Shown: positions 53,030 to 64,000 of the stretch, piece after piece
Numbering within the stretch: the stretch's first letter is position 1
How the letters are laid out: the number at the start of each line of letters is the position of its first letter
Source: Antechinus flavipes
Lineage: Eukaryota
Direction of reading: 5' to 3'
Length of the DNA stretch: 64,000 bases
Assembly: GCF_016432865.1 (NCBI RefSeq)
Contig: NC_067402.1
Location: 219,418,001-219,482,000 of the forward strand
Program-made: the position numbers and the translations under genes
The notes under the pieces: generated by a model
Databases searched by the model: none
The model's input: only the letters and a program-made list of their open reading frames with translations
What the model was told of the DNA's origin: nothing

Positions 53030-54150
53030 TGGCCAGATGTCACCATTCATACCCCTGTCTTCTTTCTTTTCTACCTGTGCTCTACCCTTTTATGTCTGCT
53101 CTTCTCCTACTGTAAGCTTCTTGTGGCCATAGAATATCTTTCTTTTTACTTGTATTTGTATCCACAGCACTTAGCACAGAGCCTGGCACATAGTAAATGC
53201 TTAATAAATTTGTTTCTTCCTGATTCTGTCACACAATATGTTAACTAGCTTTCTCAACTTCTTGTTGTGAGCAAGTTTGATAATTAATGTCATCTATACC
53301 TTCATTCAAATCCTTAATAAAAGTGTTCAATTAAAAAGGGCCAAAGGTGAAATCCTGGGATACTCTACTAGAGACACTCTACAAAATTGACACTGATCCT
53401 TTATTCAAAACTCTTTGAATCATTATTCAACCTATGTTGACTCCATCTCACATATTTCCATTGGGTCCACAAGGATTTGGGGAGGATGAGTTGGGGAGAG
53501 AAAAATCATTTTAGTGATTTAATTGCTATAGGGAATTTGCAATGAATTCCCTCAACAAAGCAAATTGACCTCTTCTGCAACTTAGTTAATAAGCACTTAT
53601 TAAGCTCCTACTATGTGCTATGGCGATGTGCTAAGCACGAGGGATGCAAAGAAAGGCAAACAAGCAACAAAAAACACTTAAGTCTTTGTGTTCCAGGAGC
53701 TCATGTTCTTTCTCATTGGAAGAGACAACGTATAAACGGTTATGTTCAAACAAACTATGTACAGGCTAAGTTGAAGAGAATCTCATTGAAGACACTAAGA
53801 TCAGGGAGGATGGGAAAGGCTTATTGGATAAGGTGAGCCTTGAAGAAAGTAGGAGAAGCCTAGGGGTAGACATGAGGAAGGAGAGAGTCACAGGCATAAA
53901 GAAGATAGCTAGTGAAATGTCCAGTTAGGACATGGAATGTGAAAAATGGCAAGTAGATTAATATCAAATCTTGGGAAATAAGGTATGAAGAGTTTTAAAA
54001 GTCAAGCAGATAAGATAGGATGGGATGATGTGGTCAGAAAGGCTTTAGGAAGATCAGTTTGACAGCCAAGAGGAGGATGTGTAGGAATGGAGAAAACCTT
54101 GAAGCAAGGAGATCAATCAGCAGGCTATTTCAAAATCTAGGCGTAAGGGA
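53030..54150. mobile_element. L2 3' end (plus), reverse L3 fragment (about 53240-53450) and reverse L2 (about 53585-54150)
   Basis: TTAGCACAGAGCCTGGCACATAGTAAATGCTTAATAAAT; CATTCAAATCCTTAATAAAAGTGTTCAA...CTACTAGAGAC; TTATTAAGCTCCTACTATGTGC. Confidence 0.65.
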
Positions 54151-55606
54151 ATGGGGGCCTTCACCAATAGTAGTACAGTATCTGTTGTACATGGTACAAG
54201 CACTAATTACATATGGGAAAATAATTTCTCCCATGAGTGTCACAAGAATGAGTGGTATTAGCCTGAGACACTGAGAATTTAAATGTTTTGTTCAGGAACA
54301 TATCAGTGGCTTGAAGCTAGGTTTTTGTGGCTGGTTCATTACAGGTTGCCTCATCCTCAAGGATGTGATAATAAATGGTATTTGTATGAAACTTTAAAAT
54401 GTTCACATTGTGTATGTAATCTGAAGGAAGCCACCACCAGGCTCAGTCCCAGTGTCCATTTAATTATTTCATCTTCAATTGTTCCATGTAATAATCCAGT
54501 CCTGGAAATAGCTTCTTTTGAACATTCTGGAAGAAGCCTCATTCTCAAGACAGTTCTGAAGGGTGCTCTACCTTGTAGAGAGACTCCTAGGTAATTCTGC
54601 TAAAATCTTCCAGTAACAAGACTCAGTATAACTATTTGTGCTCAAGCTTTCAAATCTTGTATTGGTCTGATTGGCCAAAGTTGGACACACTTGACCCCAA
54701 CATAGTCATTCTGATCCTCTTTGAGCACAAAAAATAACCACCAAAAACAATTCCTGTTTTTATATATCATTTGCCATTTTTTATCTTTATCTGAACACTG
54801 TGCCTAATATGAGAATCTTAAAAAAAAATTCATAGAAGTCCTGACTTAATAAAATGAATCGTTTTGTCTTTTAATACGGACATATTTTTAAATAGGAAAA
54901 TAATTTCACTTTCCTAATGCAATTTTACATGTAAAATCCTTAATTCAATTTTGAAAATTTTATTACTAAAGCATAATCAAATCCTGAATTTCCATGCTAG
55001 ATACATTTGGAAGTCAATAAACAGTTTAATCTTATTGCTTTTTCAAAATTTATTATCGCATTTAATTAAGAAAAGTTTTACATTACATCTGTTTTTGTAT
55101 AATTCCCCCGTAGGATATTATCCCTGTTATAATTTGACCACAAATACAGGTTAAAATTGCAAGATTTTTCATGCTTATTTCCTATTATAGTAACTTAGAG
55201 ATGTTCTAGTCCCAGTCTATTAGTTAATAAATTTAGTATCATATTTAGAAAACTTGATAGTTGATTCATTAATATATCGAAGTTACATCTTTAAGTCACC
55301 CAATGTTGTTTGGTCATTTCAGTTGTATCCAACTTGTGATTCCATTTGGATTTTTCATGACAAAGATATTAGAGTGATTTGATATTTCCTTCTCTAGCAC
55401 ATTTTACAACTTGAATCTGAGGCAATATTTAAACTCATGAAGATGAATCTTCCAAACCCAGGAGCTATCTATTGCGCCACCTACCTGCCCCAAACTAACC
55501 CTATACATTTTCATAAACAATTTTCAAATGAAAACACATTCTTTATTATAGGAAATTTGCAATCTCTCCCCCTTTTACAAGGAATGCTAAAAGAATCCTA
55601 TTTTCC

Positions 55607-55716
55607 CCTGAAGTCAGGAGGACCTGAGTTCAAATTTGGCCTCAGACACTTAACACTCCCTAGTTGTGTGACCCTGGGCAAGTCACTTAACTCCAATTGC
55701 CCCCCCCCCAAAAAAA
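55607..55716 (+). mobile_element. 5'-truncated WSINE1-type SINE
   Basis: CCCTGAAGTCAGGAGGACCTGAGTTCAAATTTGGCCTCAGACACTTAACACT...GTGACCCTGGGCAAGTCACTTAACTCCAATTGC(C)n(A)n. Confidence 0.85.
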
Positions 55717-55914
55717 AATCATATTTTTTTGGTTCTATGTTCTCAAACTTCAGTATTTTAGATTTTGCAGCATATAATCAGTAGGGATGATAAGCTCTTA
55801 TGACCCTGCCTGAATAAAAAGTCTCAAAAAACCCTAACAGATTAGGATATTTTAAAGGGTCTGTGCAACTTTTTCTCCAAGCAGTAAATCATTATTATTG
55901 TTTTATTATTATCA

Positions 55915-56440
55915 GTTTTAAAAACAAAATAAAGCCAATTACATATTAAACAGTTTTCAAATATCTTAATAATACTTTATTTTTCCAAATACACATAAAG
56001 ATAGATTTCAATATTCATTTAAGACTTTGTGTTCCAAATATTTCTTCCTCCTTTACCTCTCCCCTTCCCAAAACAGGAAGCAATCCGACATAAGTTAAAT
56101 ATATATAATCCTTTTAAGCATTTCTTTTTGCCATGTTATACAAGAAAAATCAGACCAACAGAAAAAAAAAAAAAAAAAAGAAAACAACAAAGGTGAAAAT
56201 GCAATACTTGGATGCATGTTCAGTCTCCATAGTTCTCTGAAAGTAATTGGATGGAAAAATCCCAAGTCAATGGGAATTGCTTTGAATCACTGAATTGTTG
56301 AGATAATCATAGTTCATCATCATATAATCTAATTGTTACTATTCATAATATTCTGGTTGTGCTCACTTCATTCAGTATCAATTAATGTAAGACTTTTTAT
56401 GCTTTTCTGAAGTTAACTTGCTTATCATTAAATTATCTAT
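55915..56440 (-). mobile_element. Marsupial L1 3' UTR fragment
   Basis: Same 3' UTR motifs as the 51.5-kb L1 (CAGTCTCCATAGTTCTCT, TTCAGTATCAATTAATGTAAG). Confidence 0.65.
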
Positions 56441-56457
56441 TTTTATCACATTCTTTT

Positions 56458-56642
56458 TTTTTTTTTAATAATTATAACTTTTTATTGACAGAACATATGC
56501 CTGGGTAAATTTTTACAACATCATCCCTTACACTCACTTCTGTTCGACTTTTCCCCTCCCTCCCTCCACCCCCTCTCCCAGATGGCAAGCAGTCCTATAT
56601 ATGTTAAATATGTCACAGTATATTCTAGATAAAATATATGTA
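56458..56642 (-). mobile_element. Young 5'-truncated L1 3' end with 14-bp TSD
   Basis: Poly-T tail then AATAATTATAACTTTTTATTGACAG...; TSD TATCACATTCTTTT at 56444-56457 and 56643-56656. Confidence 0.75.
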
Positions 56643-56873
56643 TATCACATTCTTTTAATCATTCACTTCATCATTTAAGCTTCCATATTTAAAAAGTTTT
56701 TTTCTAACAGCATTTCTGCTAGTTTTCCAAAATTTACAACATAAAAGAGAATTTAGAAAGATAACACTAACATACAATATCTCATATATTTAAAACATGA
56801 AACAAAACTTACCAGTCAGATTACATCACTATAACCTAATGCATTTTCAAATTATCTTACATAAAAAAGTCAT

Positions 56874-57037
56874 NNNNNNNNNNNNNNNNNNNNNNNNNNN
56901 NNNNNNNNNNNNNNNNNNNNNNNNNNNNNNNNNNNNNNNNNNNNNNNNNNNNNNNNNNNNNNNNNNNNNNNNNNNNNNNNNNNNNNNNNNNNNNNNNNNN
57001 NNNNNNNNNNNNNNNNNNNNNNNNNNNNNNNNNNNNN
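56874..57037. other. Assembly gap (164 N)
   Basis: N run. Confidence 1.
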
Positions 57038-59709
57038 GAGTCATCACAGCAAAAAAGCAACAACAATAGTTAACAATTATATAGTGCTTACCATATGCTA
57101 GTACTTTAAAATTGTTCTATCATTTGATCCTCTTAACAATTCTGGGAAGTGGGTGCTCATTATTTCCTCCTTTTGCAGAGCAGAAAACTGAAGTAAATAG
57201 AAATCAGATAATTTGTTTAATATCATGCAATTAAATTTCTGAAACCAGAATATAACTCAGGTTTTTCTGCATATTTTTGCACTTTTGATGATATGGTTAA
57301 TGTCTTGATTTGGATTTAAGTGAGGCAAAATTAATAGAACAATTTTCACCATATCATAACAAATAAAGCACGGCTAGCTAATAGCTTTGAAAAACAAATT
57401 TTAATTTTGTGGTTATAAATCCAGATTGGATTTGATTGAAATTTGTTCTGAAACTAGATTAGATTTAATTATGCCTCCTCATGTACAAACCCCAAGTGAT
57501 TATAGAAAACTCAAAGCAATGTCAATAATAAAGACATCTAACCCAGAGTCCAAATACATTCTCTTCCTCCACAAGTGGTGTCAATTTAAATGTGCTCTTC
57601 TCCTACTCTCAAGACAGCTTTTCCAACAAGAGTTCCTTGGCATTTTACTATTACTGGAATCCCTTCCCCTAAAGGGAGTATCTCTTCCCCAGTATGGTGA
57701 AATGCAAACTGTTCCCAGCAATATGGAGGTAAATCTTGCCTTAGCTCAGAAAATTTGAGATCAAGGAGGGAAGTCTGACCTCCAGGAGTAGTCTTTCAAT
57801 GAAGTTTCTGAAAAATCCATCCTGGGGTCTGAGTTCTGTCTCAAGCTGGTTGACTTTGCCAAAATAATTGTGACAGCTGAAAAATGAAATAACGGGAAAC
57901 AAAGGTTCAAGCTTCTAATGTTCACTAAGCAATGCATGTCAATTGCATAAGAAATTGGGACCAGATCTCCTCAGCTTGGTATACTGGGGGAAGCATTTAT
58001 GCATTAAAAGAACAATAAGCAGGATATAAAACAGGATGTATAATTAGTTTCTAAGTGGAGGAAAGATTAGGGTCTTTCTGAACTGAGTGATGGAGAGCAA
58101 ACAGGTGCAATTCTTTGAAATCAGGAAAAATGTCCTTTCCCTACCCAAAAGCCTGTATTCAGAGGAACAAGGAAAGAGTAACAGGAACAGCATGAGATCA
58201 GTTTTAAAATAAGATATATGGGTTGCTTGAGATCTATAATTGTGAGAAAACTTTTTTCATCAGTCTTCAGATCTGATTGGATTTCTGGTCATCATAATTT
58301 AGGTCATTAGTTAAAAGTTTGTAAGCAACAGGTAGAAGGTTCAATTTCCCAGCTAGGCAGAACTTGGTTCAAACAATGCAATAAAGTTTTCTCACGATTT
58401 CCACAATTGAATAAAAAATTTTCACAACACAGAGATTGCATTAGGCCCATAATTAAATAGAAAGGGAACTGAGCCAAATCCAGAACTGAATCACAAACTA
58501 ATTGATTTGGTTCACTAAATTACCACAATTCTCTCCGTGATAACAAATAATCTCTTTAGTGATTTATTCTAAAATTTTCCTGGGAATGTACGTTTACCAG
58601 CCCATGTTAGAAGAATCCATTCTTTTTCCCTTTGTTTATCTGACATCTTTCCCTTCTCCTCTCCTATACAGATATGGTTCAGAAATCACATCTATGAAAC
58701 TTTTCATTACTTTGGGATCTAATTTTCTATATCAAGTGACTTCTACAAATTAAAAGCATTTCTTGGGTTTTAATTTCCTTTTATCATTTTCTTAGAGAAA
58801 ACAAAAGCAAAATAGTAGTAATATATAGTTTTTCTATTTGTCCTCTTTTTGCGTTTACCCCAAGCATTGAACCTATCCCTTCTTTATGAAACACTATGTA
58901 AATGACTTCCATCTGCTATAAAGGGCCAATATGTGCTTTGGCTTTTTCTTCCCTTCTAGGTAACTTGGAAATTTCTGAATCTGTAAGTGCATGATTCTCC
59001 TGTGATAACCAACTTCCCTTACCAACACACAGGTTCACAAGGCTCAAAGCAGCAACAGATTTTTTTTTTATTGAGAAGAGGAACAGATAAATTTATATTA
59101 AAGTGCATTGAAAATTACACTTCATGATTAACCCTCCCCAAAGGCTAGTATACTATCACTCACTTACAATAGCTTTTGATTGTAGGTTGTTTGGTTGTTT
59201 TCTCCCCCTTGTAAGATGTCCAGGAACAGTTCTTCTATATCACTATTATCCATTGTTCTTCTGTTTGCACCATGTTGTTTTATTTTTCCTGTAGCTCAAG
59301 TTCCTTGCCTCTCTCAGAGGATTCTGTAATCTGTTCTTATGGTTCTCTTAAATTCTCACTAGGTGAATAGTGTTTCCCAGAGATCCAGTTCTCATCCTCT
59401 TTATCTAAATTACAGTTTAAATTCAGTCCTGTTTCTAATGTGTTTCTTTATCCTGTCCTGGGCCTGTTGTACTCCAAATCTAGAGGAAACATCTCCCCTT
59501 TCATTTTATAAGCAATCCTTTCTCCTTAATTCCATGTTGGCTCATGATTTGGACATCACTTTGATGTCCATTCTCCTAAAGCTGCTAGATAAACAATTCC
59601 CATGTGTTAGAGGAGCTTGGAAGAGCTTTTTCTGTCACAATCCCCTGTGGGGCACTTAGGAAGGGTCATTGAAGTTACTTGGAGTTAGCTTAGGGGAAGG
59701 TTAGTCCCA

Positions 59710-61643
59710 TAACTCTCTCTCTTAGTTCAAAGGAATTCTAGGAAGCATGCTCTGGAATATACTTAGAAATTACCAAACATGTAGAAGTTTTCTAATAAGT
59801 GTACCTTCACTCCAAATGGAATAGAGGGGAAAGCTTTTTTCCTCATGAGCTGACTACCTTTTCTCAAACTTGAACCATGCAATCTCCAATGTGGAAGTGC
59901 TCTTCAGAGGAAACCATTTCTAATACCCAGGATATTCATTCTTCTTTTGCCCCCAACATAGTTTTAGGATCTTTTTTTTTTTTTAATCCTTAGCACTTTA
60001 AAAAGTCTCTTCTTCTATTAAATCATAGCCTTCTTGACACTTCCAATATTCTTAAAAGTCTGAGCTACTTTTTTCAATTTCTCTTTAATTCTATGGTCTT
60101 CATCTTGAACCAATAAAAATCTGACCTCTTTAGTTACCTTTTTTTCCTCATGGAAATCACTTATAACTTTGTTATTAGAATTTTTCTTTTATCACGTTTC
60201 TCTTTATTTTATTGAATTTTTTCTAACTCAGCTATTATTGTATTGCTCACACTACAACAGGCTTCTCTTTGATCAAATAAAACAATAAAGTTAATTTGGT
60301 ACGTATTTAATGTCATGTAAAGTCTCATTACACTGTATGGAAATTAAGCATAACTATTAAGGAAAGTGGGATGACTCAAAGAAGAAAAACTTTATAGTTT
60401 TGGACTGTTTTAACTATTCTCACAGAGAACTGATCCTATATATGTTGAGGCATATGAGACATGTTTAGCTACAAATAAAAATTATGATTAGGGTTTTTTT
60501 TTTTATATTTCAGAATGGAATAGATGAGTTTATCGTGAGGTATTGTTGGGGCATATCCTCAGTGAATTTAGGATGGGATCCCTATTTCTTCATCCTGTTT
60601 CTTTCATTCTTGCCTAAGATTCCTTCTTATGATGTAAACTCCAGAGATCTGAAAGTTAGTAATGGGATTGACCCAGTTCTTTTCTTGGCTGAGATTGGAG
60701 TTCAAGTTTCAAACTATTTTTCTCCACTAGGTGGGGTGGTGAGGATCTGATTTTCCTTCTTAGCACTGTTTAATTAGTCTGCCCCTGGTTAACTAAGGGA
60801 AAGAAGTTCCTGGGCCTTTAGGCTGATTTTCAAAAATCTTTATGTCTATGTTAGAACTCTAAACTCTTCTCATGCATAACTTAGTCATTCAGACCACTGA
60901 AAGGTCATGATTATATGGAATAGAACAGGGACCAAAGGCTATGGAAGAGGTGGGCTGGGCACACTTAGTTTTCAGCCTTACATTATTTTTCTTTTTCAGT
61001 GAAAGGGAATAAAATAAACTATCAGAAAGGATGTAGTTTAGACTCTAGAAAGAATAGTGATTTAAGTGGAAGACAAACATAATTTAGGCAGTAAAAAGAG
61101 GGAATATACATAAAGAATTATAAAGAATATTGAATTTGGAGCCAGGGATTTGGATTCAGTTCTCACTTTGCCAACCACTTACTGTGTGTGTAACCTTTTA
61201 CAAGTCACTTTATCACCCCAGATCTCAGTTTCTTTATTTGTAAGAGATTGGACAAGATAATCTCTAAAATTAGATCCAGCTCTAAACATGATTCCACAAT
61301 CGGTTTCCACATCTATATTTCATTGAATCTTCTCATGAAGCAGAGATGAGAATATATGAGTTAGAGAGTGATCTGATGCCAGGCAAGACAACTTGTCAGC
61401 AATAGTAGCCAAAAGATGTATTTAAGGGCCAACCATACCAATCCCCAAACCTCTCTGTGCATAAGCTTATCTCTGTATTAACTCTCTCTCCTGGTTCAAA
61501 GGAATTCTAGGAAGCATGCTCTGGAATATACTTAGAAATTACCAAACATGTAGAAGTTTTCTAATAAGTGTACCTTCACTCCAAATGAAATAGGGGAAAT
61601 CTTTTTTCCCCCATGAGCTATCTTTTCTCAAATTTGAACCATG
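59710..61643 (+). repeat. Direct repeat pair of about 170 bp (59710-59879 and 61479-61643) with a 94-bp identical core
   Basis: 59725-59818 is identical to 61494-61587 by base-by-base comparison. Confidence 0.9.
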
Positions 61644-61999
61644 AATTTATAGATTTTAGGAGAAAAGAAGCTGTTAGTAGTCATGTAAGTTATTATTAAT
61701 TATTAAGTAGCATAGAAAATATAGATTAGAATTCAAATAAGGCATAGGTGTTTATGATAGGAATTGTAGCTAGGATTGTCTCTTCTCTGTTCTTTTGGTT
61801 GGTCTAAATGGATGAAAGAAAGATTGTACTTAAAACTCTGGTTAAACAATTTCCCAGCTCTATTCTCTGGGAAAGTGGGATTGAGAAAGGAGCAATGGAT
61901 TGGATTTGCTTTCATCAAATGTCATAGCTGCTGGTTCTGTTCTCTGGTCTTCTACTTAGCCTGTTACTGTGCATGTATGCTCTTAACTCTTATTCTCCC

Positions 62000-64000
62000 T
62001 CTTCATCTACATTTCACCATGAGGTCTCTGTTCTGCTTGGCAGTGTGTGCCAAGTTGCCTGTTGGACTTTCCAGTACAAACATGTCACAAAATGATATAT
62101 TTCTTGCTTCTTTTTTGTCATTTTGTAGCCCAATTTCTGCCTTCATACTAGGGAACTTCAACATACATATTGCTACTTCTCAAATTAGTCAACTCAGCTT
62201 CTATCATGTAGGCCTCCTCCAGCTACACAGAGATGGCTTTACCCTTGATCTTGCCATCATCCAAAACTTCATGATCATGTTCATGAACTGCAAACTTCTT
62301 TTATATGATTATAATTGTTTATCATTTTATGTTGTATTCTGCCCAATATGACCTCTAGCCCTATCCCTCCAATCCTTATACCCCTCAGTTCTTTCCCAAA
62401 TCATCATCCCTGTATTGATAACTCTCTTTTCCCTTCCCTATCTCAAACTGTTAATCATTTCAACTCTATACTATTCTCTTCACTAGAGTTTCTTGCACTC
62501 TTGTCTTATCACTCACGGGTCATTCTTTGCCAGATCTAACAATTGGATTTACTCCCACCATCTATCTTCATTCTTATTGACAAGCTCCTGATGGGAACTG
62601 AAGAAAATCCTGAAACTGTACTATTGGGTCCAATACAAAATTATGTAGCATAGTCTCACCTGGGAGACTACAGTAGAGCAATCATTTCATGTTTTCCTAA
62701 TAGAGCCATTAGTCCACTCACCACAGTAGTTATTTCAAACCTTTTCATCTCTTTTCAAATGTCCTGTCACATCTGTCCTAACCTTTCAGCTGAGAATCTT
62801 CTCATGCTTCACCACTTCTCACTTCTTCATCATTTTATATCACTTAGGATGTTCACTGCAGCTCTTCCTTCACCCATCTCACATGAAGAGGCAGTTTTTC
62901 TCCTGGTCAAGGCAAACTCCTCTATGGATAACCTTTGTCCCAACCATTAGAGTTTCCCCATTTATCCTGTAGAGTCAGTCCCAACATTATCAGGTCTTTA
63001 GGTAGATGAAAGATAACAAATGAAAGAGGCTAGAGAACCAGTTCCCGTTATGGTCACTGGGGAAGACAAAAGGCACCTGGTGACTTGTAGTAGATTATAG
63101 AAAACTGAACAAAGCTATCACGTCCATTGTTTGACCATTTTTGACTTCTTAATACTTATCAGAGTGTCAGAATATGGGGCCTACGTAATAGGCCCTTAAT
63201 AAATACTTATTAACTTGATTCATCAATGTGGAAAACCAGTAGCTTGGGCCCAGTGTGAGTATGGAATGAAGGCTAATGTTCTTGTTTTGTTTTCTTTTGT
63301 TGTTCCCCTCTATTCCTATGGCTAAGGCTAGTTGGGAAAAATTCATTTGCTCCTGGTTCTCTTTCATATTTGACTGCTCCTTCTTAATCTCCTTTGCTGG
63401 ATGCTTGCAGAGATCAAGGCTTCTAAGCAAAGAAAAGTGTCCCTCAGGGTTCTCTTCTGGATCCTCTTCTCTTTCCCCTTCCCCTACATGATCTCATCAA
63501 TCTCCAGTGGATTTAATTAACATCTCTCTTCTGATGATTCTCAAATCTACCTATCCTGGCCCAACCACTCTGTGGACCTCTTAATTTCCCATCTCCAAGT
63601 GCCTCTCAGACTTCTCAATCTAGATGTGTAATAGGCACCTTAAACTCCACATATCCAAATTGGCACTTATTATCTTTTCCCACAAAGCCTCCCTTCCCTA
63701 TTACTGTTGAGGACAACACCTTCCTCCTGTACCTCACAATCTATTCCTCATTATTTCCTCCCCATAGCTGATCTGTTGCCAAGGCTTATTGATTTCACTT
63801 TTGCAACATCTCTCAAATATGCCCCCTTCTTTCTGCTGACATCGCCGTCACTCTGGTGCAAGACTCATCCCCTCATACCTGGACAATTGCAATAACCAGC
63901 TGGCGTGTCTGACTACCTCATCTCTCTTTACTGCAATCCACTTTCCTTCAGTCACCACAATAATTTTCCTAAAAAATAGATTTGACCATGTCACCCTCCT
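62000..64000 (+). mobile_element. Long degenerate L2 with endonuclease and RT remnants
   Basis: FILGNFNIHI (APE motif LGDFN, about 62140); VPQGSLLDPLLF (about 63440); DDSQIY (about 63533). Confidence 0.75.

Noticed and set aside
60484-60750. 88-aa ORF with a micro-exon-like TTTCAG...GAG|GTATTG pattern
   Set aside because: No recognisable protein and no partner exons; such motifs are expected by chance in T-rich DNA.
61776-62351. 191-aa ORF
   Set aside because: Partly a degenerate L2 endonuclease frame (LGNFNIH); no intact gene.

Overview
Marsupial genomic DNA. WSINE1-type SINEs and marsupial L1 3' ends suggest an Australian marsupial, probably a dasyurid such as the Tasmanian devil (inference). 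The window is the conserved block syntenic with human 12q13: RAB5B non-coding exon 1 and promoter (minus strand), complete CDK2 (minus, 7 exons, 298 aa), complete PMEL (plus, 11 exons, 673 aa), complete DGKA (minus, 23 coding exons, 731-733 aa) and complete PYM1/WIBG (plus, 3 exons, 202 aa). About 17 kb of repeat-rich intergenic DNA follows (L1, L2, L3/CR1, MIR, WSINE1), and there are two N gaps. All exon boundaries were read from GT/AG sites and checked for phase. The best finding is in CDK2 intron 5: an L2-derived cassette exon homologous to the 48-aa insert of rodent long CDK2. A 1-nt indel makes it a stop-containing poison exon from the rodent-equivalent acceptor, but an AG 11 nt upstream restores an open 156-nt (52 aa) in-frame exon. 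Other leads are a candidate second coding first exon of PYM1, splice-site shifts in DGKA and PMEL, possible PMEL/DGKA 3' overlap, and a 94-bp identical direct repeat with a hairpin near 60 kb. Comparisons to human and mouse sequences are from memory and need verifying by alignment.
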